Source: an uncultured bacterium
Lineage (GTDB): Bacteria; Krumholzibacteriota; Krumholzibacteriia; LZORAL124-64-63
NCBI GenBank assembly: GCA_963727525.1
Contig: CAVSGO010000007.1
Location: 2,144,001 to 2,208,000, forward strand
DNA length: 64,000 nt
Direction of reading: 5' to 3'
In this document: piece after piece, positions 1 to 9,828 of the stretch
Numbering within the stretch: the stretch's first letter is position 1
Layout: the number at the start of each line of letters is the position of its first letter
Notes under the pieces: model-generated
What the model was told of the DNA's origin: nothing
What the model saw: only the letters and a program-made list of their open reading frames with translations
Databases searched by the model: none
Position numbers and translations under genes: made by a program

Positions 1-90
1 GAAGGCACAGTTCAAGATTGGCAGATCGCTGACGATCATGTTCAGATACGTGCCTGATCGCCGGCCCCGCTCGCCCAGGAAGCTATTTTC

Positions 91-531
91 ATGGACCTCA
101 TCCATCTCATCTACTGCAGCGCCGCGAGCAATCCCGACCTGAGTCTCGACGAGATCGATACGATCCAGAAGAAGAGCCGCGCCAACAATGCCGAGGTCGG
201 CATCACCGGGATGCTGCTCTTCGATCAGGGTTCTTTCTTCCAGGTGATCGAGGGCGAGCGCGCGGTCGTCGAGGCCCTGTTCGAAGTGATCTGCGAGGAC
301 GAGCACCACACGAACGTCGCCAAGATCTTGCTCGAGTCGATCGAGGCACGCGACTTCGGCGACTGGACCATGGGCCTGTCCCGCCTGACCCGCGATGATT
401 TCGCGCAGATTTCCGGCCTCAACGACTTCTTCGTTGCCGGCCGATCGTTCCAAGACCTGGGCGCCGGTCGCGCACGCACCCTGCTGGCGGCCTACAAGGA
501 CGGTCGCTGGCGTGCGTCGCTCAGCAGATAG
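91..531 (+). CDS. Stand-alone BLUF-domain blue-light sensor protein
   Basis: Motifs LIYCS (Tyr), SRANN..GITGMLL, FFQVIEG (Gln), RDFGDWTMG (Trp/Met); AGGA upstream. Confidence 0.92.
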   Translation: MDLIHLIYCSAASNPDLSLDEIDTIQKKSRANNAEVGITGMLLFDQGSFFQVIEGERAVVEALFEVICEDEHHTNVAKILLESIEARDFGDWTMGLSRLTRDDFAQISGLNDFFVAGRSFQDLGAGRARTLLAAYKDGRWRASLSR

Positions 532-551
532 CGCTGCAGATCGAGCCAGGC

Positions 552-980
552 TTACAGGTCGCCCGCCTCGCGACGTTCCAGGTTCCCGCGCGGTGCTTTG
601 AAATACCGATCACCGCCCTGTTCGATCTCCCAGTAATTGAGCAAGGTGTCGGCGGCCGCAACTTCAAAGACCAATCTGTTCTCGAGACGACGTTGGAAAT
701 ATCCGAACCTCGGATCAGCGTCCATCTTGTACACATAGGCAATGCCGGACCACGGTTTGCCCACCGCCCCACCCCCCTTGACTTCGAATATCTCGTGCGG
801 TACGCCCAGCAAGAGTCGCACCTTTGACACCGGCATGCCTCGCTCGAGCTTGTCCACCGTCGGTTGCGCAACGGGATCGTAATACCGAATTCCAGGCGAC
901 GGCGCGCAACCGGCCACGACCAGGAACCCGGCCACCAATAAACCGCCCGACGCCGCCAATACGTTTCGACGACTCATCAC
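552..980 (-). CDS. Putative lipoprotein with SmpA/BamE-like motif
   Basis: N-terminal SRRNVL + hydrophobic stretch + VAGC lipobox; KLERGMPVSKVRLLLGVP resembles SmpA/OmlA; 4-nt overlap with upstream protease stop. Confidence 0.6.
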   Translation of the reverse strand: MMSRRNVLAASGGLLVAGFLVVAGCAPSPGIRYYDPVAQPTVDKLERGMPVSKVRLLLGVPHEIFEVKGGGAVGKPWSGIAYVYKMDADPRFGYFQRRLENRLVFEVAAADTLLNYWEIEQGGDRYFKAPRGNLERREAGDL

Positions 981-2410
981 ATATCCTCCCGACTTCTCAC
1001 ATGATCCTCGTCGGCGGCCAGGCTTGAAACCGTATCGAGTCTCTTGACGAAGAGATACTGGTCGAAATCAAGGGCGATCCGTTCGAGAATCGGCTGTGGA
1101 ATCATATAATCCAGCGTGTCCGCCGGCGCGCGCGCGTCGAGGATGTGCATATCGAGCTTTGGCCAACCGGACTTGGTCGGCAGGAATGGCTCGACCGTAT
1201 AGGCAAAGATACCCGAGCGCGCGAGGTCGTCTCCGCTTGCCGAAACCCAACCCGACTGCGCGTAGAAATTCAGCGGCACCAGGCTGATGCCGCGCTGGCA
1301 GTCGTCTATCGCCCGATCGCCACAGGAGAGCCAGAAGTCGCCGAGATCGCCCTTGAACTCGAGAGTGTGGTGAGCGGTGCCGAGCAGCGCGGCAGAAAAC
1401 GCCGACCCAATAGCGCTTCCTGTCGTTTCACCGATCCGCGGCAGAACCTGGAGAATGACGACGGGGCGCAAGCCGTTCGTATACTGCATCCACGATCGCA
1501 TATCGGAGATAGGATCACTGTCGTAGGGAGACGCGCTCCCATCACCTTCGGAATGAAGGCGCACCGAACGCCGGATCTCCTGGCGATTGGCCCGCCAGAA
1601 CATCTCCGGTGGCGTATGAACCGCGAAGATGAAGTCGCCCTTTTCGAAAGAATATCGCTCGATCGGCCATTTCGTGGACTTGGCAACCTTCTGGAGGGCC
1701 ACCGGAGGAAACAGCTCCTTGGGCATGGTCGGGTAGGTCTTCGCGTCAGGTGCGGAAGCGTGCGCCAGGGCAACGCTGATCTCGTCGCGCAAGGCATTCA
1801 ACAATCCGACACTGATGCTCCCCGAGATACCCGGTCCACCGGCGCCGCTGAAATCACCAAATGTATTGATGGCGACCACTTCACCATCGAGATTGATCAG
1901 CGGACCACCTGAGTTGCCGTGGTTGATATTCACGTCGGTAATCAGCGCCTCGGATTCCACCTTGGAAATGACGCCGATCGTCATGATGCGATCCTGGTTG
2001 AGAGGACTGCCAATGGCGAACACGCGTTCGCCAACAAATGCGTAATCAGCGCCGGCCGCGGAGAGTGGCAAGACCGGGCAGGCCTCACAGGATTGCGGAG
2101 CGATGCGGATGACCCCGATGTCGTTGGCCGCGTCGCGCACCAACACCTGGGCCGCCACTTTGAGACTGTCGTTCAACTGGACGAAGACGTGCTTTCCGTC
2201 ACCAATGACGTGCGCATTGGTCGCGACGACGCCGGCATGATCGATTAAGAACCCCGACCCTTTGCCGTCTTCGCTATAAACCGTGAACACCCCATCGCGC
2301 AGTTTCTGGAACAGCTCGGCTTCTTCGCTCATCCGGCGTTCCGCCGAGGCATGGGGCCCGCTCACGGCGACTGCCAAGGCGACACATAATACAGACATTC
2401 GCGTCTTCAT
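977..2410 (-). CDS. Exported trypsin-like (S1) serine protease without PDZ, with uncharacterised C-terminal domain
   Basis: Signal peptide (MKTRMS...ASA); GSGFLI, TNAHV (His), NDIGV (Asp), GNSGGPL (Ser); start moved to ATG 2410 behind GGGGGA. Confidence 0.88.
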   Translation of the reverse strand: MKTRMSVLCVALAVAVSGPHASAERRMSEEAELFQKLRDGVFTVYSEDGKGSGFLIDHAGVVATNAHVIGDGKHVFVQLNDSLKVAAQVLVRDAANDIGVIRIAPQSCEACPVLPLSAAGADYAFVGERVFAIGSPLNQDRIMTIGVISKVESEALITDVNINHGNSGGPLINLDGEVVAINTFGDFSGAGGPGISGSISVGLLNALRDEISVALAHASAPDAKTYPTMPKELFPPVALQKVAKSTKWPIERYSFEKGDFIFAVHTPPEMFWRANRQEIRRSVRLHSEGDGSASPYDSDPISDMRSWMQYTNGLRPVVILQVLPRIGETTGSAIGSAFSAALLGTAHHTLEFKGDLGDFWLSCGDRAIDDCQRGISLVPLNFYAQSGWVSASGDDLARSGIFAYTVEPFLPTKSGWPKLDMHILDARAPADTLDYMIPQPILERIALDFDQYLFVKRLDTVSSLAADEDHVRSREDM

Positions 2411-3188
2411 ATAATCCCCCCTGGCTGACGGCGTGAGCCGCAACACCCTGGCCCCGCTGTAAAATTCGAATCTCGACCGTCTCTGATCCCATCGTGGTTC
2501 ATTGTTTCACGTTCGATGTGTGATCGTCAACCGAGAGATTGCCAAACCGCCGTAATACAGCCGGAGATCGACCTTGGGGTGATGTCTCTCGCCACCAATG
2601 ACAACGAAGACCCGCGCAGCCTTTTACGGTATCGTCCCAGCGCCCGTCGCCACCAGGAGACACGAGGGACGTCGGCCGCGGTCGGTACGCTGTCGCCATA
2701 TTGCTGCTACAAGCGGCCAACTGCGTCCGGACCGCCGTAGACTCCCGTTGATCTCGGTCGATGGCCTCCACTGCAACGTGACGATGTTGTCGATCCCGGC
2801 ACATGTGCGATGTCCAGGCCGATCATGACCACCGACAATATCGCTGATCCGCCGCTGCCGGCTCCGCGCCATCCCGACCCCAATCACCGACCGCATGATC
2901 AGGCCCGATCTGCTTCCGTTTACGTGTCCGGGAACCTCCCAGCACGAGCGACTAGCTCACGAAGTCCTTCGGCTCGAGGCAACCGACGAACAGATCCCGC
3001 TCGTCGATTAGATCCTTGACCTTCTGAAGGATTGCGATCGCGCTCACGCACTCGGCAAGGCGAAACATCACCAGGCCGCGCGCCTTTCGCTCGTCGATGG
3101 CAAGGCTGTCGAAATCAACGGAGATCAAATGCGTCGGACGTTGGCGTACGCGACCGAGCGCGTCAGGTCGTGAGACCGACCATGCGGA

Positions 3189-5537
3189 TCAGCGGACGAG
3201 CATGAGCTTTGTGGTCGCCGCACCGCGGCCGGTCTGCAATCGCGCGAGGTACGCCCCGGCCGGCAGCCGGTCGGCCGCGAACGTTACAGCATGTGAGCCG
3301 GCGGCAAGGTGTGCGCGGAGCAGGTCGGCGACACGACGGCCGCGCAGGTCGTAGACCGTGAGCGTGCCGTCGGTGGGTTCGCGCAAGTCGAAGTGGATGA
3401 TCGTACGGGGATTGAACGGATTGGGCCGGCATGTCATCGCGATCACCGGCTCGCCCGGACGCTCTCCGGCCTCGTCCACCGCGACGATACCGGGACCGCT
3501 CGTGCAATAGGTCAGCATCACAAAGTCGACCGCCGTGTTGTGCCGGACCACGAAGTCGACGCCCTGACGGGCGGCCGCGGCGGCCGTGAGATCCAGCGTA
3601 CCGCCGCCGACCAGCGGCAACGCGTCGAGATCCAGGACGAGCGTGGTGTCGCGGCCGGCGATCCATGGCGCCGCGATCAGGCCGGGGTCGGTCGTGCCGC
3701 TGGTGCTGCCGAGGTAGCGGCTCCAGGCTTCGTCGAGGCCCGAGGCGTCGGCGAAGCCCAGCACCAGGCGATCGGTCTCGGTCCCCGCAGACGCGCCGGC
3801 GCGCAGCCGCACGACGAGGCGGGCGTCGGCCAGGTCCGTCGGCAAGGGTGCCAGCGAGGTGGCCACGGCGCCGCCCGCAGGATCCAGGTCGAGGGGAACC
3901 AGGTCCAGCCCGGCGAGGGCGTCGACCAGCGCGACGCTCGGCGTCGTGGGTTCGGGCGGAAGCAGGTAGGCGTCTTCCTCGCCGGTTTCCGCGATGTGAT
4001 CGTACCCGTAGAACACGGAGCCCGGTTCGCCGGCATCGATGCCGGCGCCGCCGGGAGCAGCGACCTGCGTGAGCACGTCGAATTCGTCGAGGCAATCGCC
4101 CGCATAGATCGCCACGCGCCCACCGCCGCCGCCACCGCCGGTGCCACTGCTGCCGCCCGCGGCGGTGATCGTGCCGGAGCCCGTCAGGCTGGCCGTGGTC
4201 AGGCGGATCGCGCCGCCGGCGCCGGCGCCGTGGCTCGTAATGGCGGGCGCGGTTCCGTCACTGCCGAGATGGCCGTCGATGCGGGCCTGGCCCTGGATAG
4301 TCAGGCGCACGAGTCCGCCGCCGGCGCCGCCGGTGGCGCCGCTGCCGCCACTGCCCGCCGTGGCGGGGAAAAATGTCGAACCGTAGGTCGTCCCGCCGCC
4401 GAACCCGCTTGCGCCACCGCCGCCGCGGCCGCCGTGCCCACCGCCGCCGCTGGACGATCCCGCACCGGGTCCGGTCCCGTGGGTGAACCCGCTGCCATCG
4501 GCCGCAATGGAACCGGTCGCCGTGATCTCCAGATCGCCAGCGACGACCAGCCTCGGCGGACCCTCGAGGACCGCGCCGCCGGTGACCAGGACACCGGCGG
4601 CGAGCTGCTGCGTGTCGGTCAGCTCGCTGCGCGCGCCGGCCGGCAGGCCGCCGTTGTCCAGCCGCAACTCGCCGTGGCTGCCCTGCAGCAGCAGGACCGA
4701 TCCCGCACCGCCGCGCTGTCCGCCGCTGCCCCCGAAGGCGGTGGTCGTCCCCGCGAAGTCCAGTGTCGCGGCTGCGATCGCGATGCGCCCCCCGCCACCA
4801 CCGCCGGGCGCGGCCGCGTTGCCGCCGTCGGCGCTGATGGTCCCGCTGCCAGTGATCGCGCCGGCCGTCACCCAGATGCTGCCGCCGGAGCCGCCGCTGT
4901 GGTTGATGTTGGCCGGGGCGCTGCCATCGGCGCTCAGACGTCCCGCGACCACGAGCGTGTCGGTGACGGCCAGGTGGATCACCCCGCCGCCCGTGCCCCC
5001 GGTGGCGCCGCCGCCGCCGCTGCCGGGCTCGCGGGGGGCATTCACCGATCCGTAGCACGCGCCTCCCGCGGTCCCGTTGACGGCGATGCCGCCACGTCCG
5101 CCGTGGCCGGCGCCGCCGACCGAGCCCACGGCGGGCTGGCCCGGACCCGTGCGGTGCGGCCAGCCCTTGCCATCGGCGTCGATGCGGCTCCCGGCGTCGA
5201 TGACAAGGGAGCCGAGCACGTCCAGGTCGATGCCCTGCGTGTCGGCCGCCGCATGCGTGAGCGCGGCGCCCCCGACGAGCGCGAGCCGGCACAACGTGTG
5301 GTGACCCGCGATCGTGACGGTCGCGGCGTCAATGGTCAGCGCTGTACCGTCGTACTGCGTGTCACCGGCCGCGATCGTCGTGTCCGTGGCGATCGACGCG
5401 GCTGGACAATCCTCGCGACGCAGGGGATCACCCAGGGACGGTGCTTGATCGAGGACCAGGCAGGCCGCCACGAGCGCGCCGCGACACAGCACAACGGTCA
5501 GCGACCGTCGGGAGCAGGAGGGGCAGGCTGTTCGCAT
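3189..5537 (-). CDS. Secreted glycine-rich repeat protein with C-terminal T9SS type-A/FlgD-like domain
   Basis: Two Gly-rich repeats (ADG.G..GPG...GHGG.GG...YGS..P..GSGG...GGGGGR.AI); C-terminus PNPFNP...YDLRGRRV...G.Y...KLMLVR; start at 5537 is inferred. Confidence 0.8.
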   Translation of the reverse strand: MRTACPSCSRRSLTVVLCRGALVAACLVLDQAPSLGDPLRREDCPAASIATDTTIAAGDTQYDGTALTIDAATVTIAGHHTLCRLALVGGAALTHAAADTQGIDLDVLGSLVIDAGSRIDADGKGWPHRTGPGQPAVGSVGGAGHGGRGGIAVNGTAGGACYGSVNAPREPGSGGGGATGGTGGGVIHLAVTDTLVVAGRLSADGSAPANINHSGGSGGSIWVTAGAITGSGTISADGGNAAAPGGGGGGRIAIAAATLDFAGTTTAFGGSGGQRGGAGSVLLLQGSHGELRLDNGGLPAGARSELTDTQQLAAGVLVTGGAVLEGPPRLVVAGDLEITATGSIAADGSGFTHGTGPGAGSSSGGGGHGGRGGGGASGFGGGTTYGSTFFPATAGSGGSGATGGAGGGLVRLTIQGQARIDGHLGSDGTAPAITSHGAGAGGAIRLTTASLTGSGTITAAGGSSGTGGGGGGGRVAIYAGDCLDEFDVLTQVAAPGGAGIDAGEPGSVFYGYDHIAETGEEDAYLLPPEPTTPSVALVDALAGLDLVPLDLDPAGGAVATSLAPLPTDLADARLVVRLRAGASAGTETDRLVLGFADASGLDEAWSRYLGSTSGTTDPGLIAAPWIAGRDTTLVLDLDALPLVGGGTLDLTAAAAARQGVDFVVRHNTAVDFVMLTYCTSGPGIVAVDEAGERPGEPVIAMTCRPNPFNPRTIIHFDLREPTDGTLTVYDLRGRRVADLLRAHLAAGSHAVTFAADRLPAGAYLARLQTGRGAATTKLMLVR

Positions 5538-5939
5538 GGTTGGCGTCTTTCGCCGGTTAGTCTCCGGAGCGTGCCGATGCGCCATCATACATGAATCAAG
5601 AATTTCAATCCGATATTTCGACCGTGCTCGTACGCCGCCAACGTGCGTGGGTCGCCGCAGCAGTATCGCCATGATTTAATACCAACTGCATAGTTCCATC
5701 CCCCGGATAGCCGTCCTCCATCGATTCCGCCACAACCCCTGCTGCATCGGACACCGAAGGCCCCTGAATGCCGCTGACAGAGCGATTCACGCCGCGTTTC
5801 CGGCTGCCCCCTGCGTCCGCCGCCGCCGCCAGACACGACTCGATGGGACGGTCGAGACGCCGGGCGGCCAGGCCCGGGTGCTTCTTGGCAGCCATGCCGG
5901 CATCCCGGGACTGGCCCAGGACGAGCCGGACGCCGTATC

Positions 5940-6456
5940 CATTGCTCATCGTCTGGCGCGGCAGGCCTGACCTGCGCGAAGCGATCGTCGCGCGCGATGA
6001 CAACGGGAAGGTTCAGGAGTACTGGTTCCGTATTTCCTGCAACCCGGATACTTCCTGGAGACCTCGAGCAACATCGATATGCGGCAACCTGATTCCGAAC
6101 ACGTGACGTGGATCTACATGGAGGATGATCTCTATGTCGGTTCGGGCTTCACGCTGCAGTTTGCGCCTGAGATTGACGACAATATTTTTCTATACAAAAC
6201 CGTGGCCACCATCGATGCGACTGCCTCTACTCCGACTGACACGTTCACCAAGGCAGTCGAAATGGACTACCTCGTTGATTTCGGTTGGATGGATGCTATC
6301 ACCGAGGATGGTGAAGTGATCGGCACCTTCCACGCCGGACATCCCGGGCGCGTATTCTACGTCCCTGATATCGGGCCTGTGGACCTCTACGGGTTCGGCG
6401 CGCAAGGCGGTGAGGCGTCGCCGCCGCCCGGGTGTGTGAGGTGTCTGGATCAATAG
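5940..6456 (+). pseudogene. Probable frameshifted/truncated remnant of a hypothetical protein gene
   Basis: Protein-like sequence continues across two frames (..RPDLREAIVARDDNGKVQEYW / PYFLQPGYFLETSSNIDMRQPDSEHVTWIY...VFYVPDIGPVDLY); no convincing start or RBS; AT-richer than neighbours. Confidence 0.45.
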
Positions 6457-6680
6457 GAAATCTCTACTTGCCCGAGAACCTCGCGACATCGCAACGGGGG
6501 CATTGCAGCGGGCGCGCTTCGGAGAGTCGCACCAGGCGCATCGCCCAGCTACGCCATGTCTCGGACCCCCGGATTCTCGCTGGCGAACGGCGAGGAATCG
6601 GACCGGCGTGGTTACGACGAGGTGTCCTTCGACGTGAGCTGGTCAGGTGCGGGCTGATCGACCTGGTGGCGCGGGGAAGC

Positions 6681-6758
6681 GGTGAGAGGGGTGTGAGGGT
6701 TGGGCGAGGCCGCCTCGCTCGCTCGAAGGCCTCGCCCAACCCTCACACCCCTCTCACC
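6681..6758. repeat. Perfect 31-bp inverted repeat with 16-nt spacer
   Basis: 6681-6711 GGTGAGAGGGGTGTGAGGGTTGGGCGAGGCC is the exact reverse complement of 6728-6758; overlaps the RND stop codon. Confidence 0.95.
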
Positions 6759-9700
6759 CCTGCACCTCCACCTTCGACGGCACGATCATGTAAACTGCGG
6801 GAATCACGACCAGCGTCAGCAGTGTCGACAGCACCAGCCCGCTCGCCACCGTGATCGCGAGCGGCGAGCGCAGCTCGGCGCCCTCGCCGAAGGCCAGCGC
6901 CATCGGCACCAGGCCGAGCACGGTGGTCGTGGTCGTCATGAGGATGGGGCGCAGGCGCACGTGGCCGGCGCGCACCACGGCCTCGGCCTTGCTCAGCCCG
7001 AGGCGCCGGAAGCGGTTGATGGCGTCGATGAGCACGATGGCGTTGTTCACCACGATGCCCACGAGCATCACGGCGCCGATGAGCACGATCACCGAGATCG
7101 GTGTGTGGGTGAAGATGAGGCCCGCCACCACGCCCACGAGCGCGAGCGGGATCGTGAACATCACGATGAACGGGTGGACGAAGCTCTCGAAGGTGGCGGC
7201 CATCACCAGGTAGACGAGGAAGATGGCCAGGGCGATAGCGAAGCGCAGGCTCTTGAAGCTCGTCTGCATCTCCTTGTTCTGGCCGCCCAGCTCCACGGTC
7301 AGACCATCCGGCGGCGGCGTGGCGCGCAGCACCGCCTGCACGTCGGTCACCGCGGCGCCGAGGCTGCGGCCGGCGAGGTTGGCCGTCACCACGGCGGCGC
7401 GCTGCTGCTGCAGGCGGTGGATCTCGGCCGGGCCGCGGCCGATGCTGACCTTGGCCACGCTCAGCAGTCGCAGTTGCTGTCCGTCGGATCCCGGGATCAC
7501 GAGATTTCGTACGTCGTCGAGCGACGCGCGGTCGGTCCCGCGGTTGCGGATACGGATGTCGATCTGGCGATCTGCCTCCTTGAACCGCGTGGGCACCGCG
7601 CCCTGCACGCGATTGCGCAGAGTCTGCGACAGCGCGCCCATGTCCAGGCCGAGGGACGCGAGCCGTCGACGATCGAAGACCACGCGCAGCTCCGGATTGC
7701 CGGCCTCGAGCGACGACCGTACGTCGGCCAGGCCAGGAACCGTGGCCAGAGCCGCGGCAAGGTCGAGGGAGTAGGCGCGCAGGGCGTCGAGATCCTCGCC
7801 GAAGATCTGCACCTCGATCGGCGTCTTCAGGCTGAAGTAGCTGGGGCGGCCGAACTTGGCCTCCAGGTCGGGAATGTCGGCGAACTGGCGGCGCATGCGC
7901 CCGGCCACCGCCTCCTCACCCGCCTCGCTCTGGCGGTTGCGCAGCACGACGTTGAGCTGGGCCAGGTTCTCGGCCTTGGTGTTCACCGACACGCCGCCCG
8001 ACGGCAGCCGGCTGCCCACCGTCACGTAGGTGCGCGCCACGGCCGAGTCGGCGTCGGCGATCGCCTCCATGCGATTCATCACGGCGTCGGTGGCGGCGAG
8101 GCTCGTGCCCTCGGGCATGGCGACCTCGAAGTAGAACTCGCCCTCGCTCAGCGCCGGAATCAGCTCCGTGCCCACGAAGCGGAGCGACCACAGGCTCGCC
8201 GCGAAGAGACCGAACGCCACGACCACCGTGAGCCAGCGCCGCTTCAGGGCCCCACGCACCATCTGGTCGTACACGCGGCCGAAGCGGCCGAGCCGCACCT
8301 CGGGTTCGTGATCGTGATCCGTGAGAGCGGGCGCCGGTACGCCGGCGGCCACGAGGCGCCGATCACCGCCGAGACCGCTGAGCATGGGGATCAGCGTGAG
8401 CGCCACCACGAGCGAGGCGAGCAGCGAGAACGTCACCGTGAGGGCCTGGTCGCGGAAGAGTTGGCCCGCCACGCCCTCCACGAACACGATGGGCAGGAAC
8501 ACGGCCACGGTGGTGAGGGTCGACGCGGTGACGGCAGCGCCCACCTCCTGCGTGCCGTCCACGGCCGCCAGGGCCGGGTCGATGCCGGCCTGCCGTCGGC
8601 GGTGGATCGCCTCGAGCACCACGATCGAGTTGTCCACGAGCATGCCGATGCCCAGCGTGAGGCCGCCGAGCGACATGATATTGAGCGAGATACCGAGGCG
8701 ATACATGAGCACGAATGTCGCCACCACCGAGATGGGGATGCTGGTGGCGATGATCAGCGTGCTGCGCCCCTCGCGCAGGAAGAGGAAGAGCACGAGCACG
8801 GCCAGGAGCCCGCCGAGCAACGCGGCATCGCGCACCTCCTTCACGGCGCGGGCGATGAAGCGTGACTGGTCGAAGAGCACCACCAGCTCGTCGCCGGGAG
8901 GCAGCTTGCCGTGCTGCCATTCGGCGATGCGCGCGGCGAGCGTGCGCGCCACGGTGACGGTGTTGGCGTCGCCCTCCTTGTAGATCGCGATCTCCACAGC
9001 CTCACGGCCGTTCACGCGCATGATCTCCTCGCGCTCCTTCGTACCCCAGGTCACCGTCGCCACGTCGCCCACGCGCACCTGGCGGCCGTTCTCGTCCTGC
9101 ACCACGAGGTTGGCGATCTCGTCCACGTCGTCGTACTCGTTCACCGTGCGGATGAGGAACTGGTTGTCGCGCCCGCGCAGCACGCCGCCCGGCAAATTGA
9201 GGTTGCCGGCACCCACCACCGCGCTCACGCGATCGAGCGGGATGCCGAGCGCAGCCAGCCGCTCCTGGTCCACGGCGATCTGGATCTCCTCCTCGAGCCC
9301 GCCCTTGACCTGGGCCGCGGCCACGCCCGTGAGCGTCTCGAAGTCCTGCTTGATCTGGCGATCGGCCACGCGGCGCAAGGAGGTGAGGCTGTCATTGCCC
9401 GTGAAGGCGAGTCGCATGATGGGCTCGAGGCTGGGATCGAAGCGCAGGATCAGCGGATCCGCGGCCTCGTCGGGCAGGATGAGGCGGTCGAGCTTCTCGC
9501 GCACGTCGAGTGCGGTGAGCTCCATCTTCGTGCCCCAGTCGAACTCAAGCGTCACCTCGCTCACGCCCGCGCGCGAGACGGAGTGGATGCCGGTGAGGCC
9601 GCGCAGCACGCCCACGGCCTCCTCCACCGGCCGCGTGACGAGGTTCTCCACCTCCTGGGGCGCGGTGTCGGGGAACTCGGTCTGGATCGTCAGCGACGGG

Positions 9701-9828
9701 TACGAGATGTCGGGGAACAGCTCCAGCGCCAGGCGCTGATAACTCACCCAGCCGAATGCGAGCACGGCGATCGTCGCCATGACGACGCTCACCGGACGCC
9801 GGACCGCGAGCGCGATGAGTCCCCGCAT
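6754..9828 (-). CDS. RND efflux transporter permease (AcrB/AcrD/AcrF family)
   Basis: 1024 aa, about 12 TM segments with two large periplasmic loops; GMLVDNSIVVLE, GIVVNNAIVLID, RLRPILMTT. Confidence 0.95.
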   Translation of the reverse strand: MRGLIALAVRRPVSVVMATIAVLAFGWVSYQRLALELFPDISYPSLTIQTEFPDTAPQEVENLVTRPVEEAVGVLRGLTGIHSVSRAGVSEVTLEFDWGTKMELTALDVREKLDRLILPDEAADPLILRFDPSLEPIMRLAFTGNDSLTSLRRVADRQIKQDFETLTGVAAAQVKGGLEEEIQIAVDQERLAALGIPLDRVSAVVGAGNLNLPGGVLRGRDNQFLIRTVNEYDDVDEIANLVVQDENGRQVRVGDVATVTWGTKEREEIMRVNGREAVEIAIYKEGDANTVTVARTLAARIAEWQHGKLPPGDELVVLFDQSRFIARAVKEVRDAALLGGLLAVLVLFLFLREGRSTLIIATSIPISVVATFVLMYRLGISLNIMSLGGLTLGIGMLVDNSIVVLEAIHRRRQAGIDPALAAVDGTQEVGAAVTASTLTTVAVFLPIVFVEGVAGQLFRDQALTVTFSLLASLVVALTLIPMLSGLGGDRRLVAAGVPAPALTDHDHEPEVRLGRFGRVYDQMVRGALKRRWLTVVVAFGLFAASLWSLRFVGTELIPALSEGEFYFEVAMPEGTSLAATDAVMNRMEAIADADSAVARTYVTVGSRLPSGGVSVNTKAENLAQLNVVLRNRQSEAGEEAVAGRMRRQFADIPDLEAKFGRPSYFSLKTPIEVQIFGEDLDALRAYSLDLAAALATVPGLADVRSSLEAGNPELRVVFDRRRLASLGLDMGALSQTLRNRVQGAVPTRFKEADRQIDIRIRNRGTDRASLDDVRNLVIPGSDGQQLRLLSVAKVSIGRGPAEIHRLQQQRAAVVTANLAGRSLGAAVTDVQAVLRATPPPDGLTVELGGQNKEMQTSFKSLRFAIALAIFLVYLVMAATFESFVHPFIVMFTIPLALVGVVAGLIFTHTPISVIVLIGAVMLVGIVVNNAIVLIDAINRFRRLGLSKAEAVVRAGHVRLRPILMTTTTTVLGLVPMALAFGEGAELRSPLAITVASGLVLSTLLTLVVIPAVYMIVPSKVEVQG

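Noticed and set aside
2499-3180. Short ORFs in the intergenic stretch
   Set aside because: No RBS, motif or codon-bias support; no recognisable tRNA or riboswitch.
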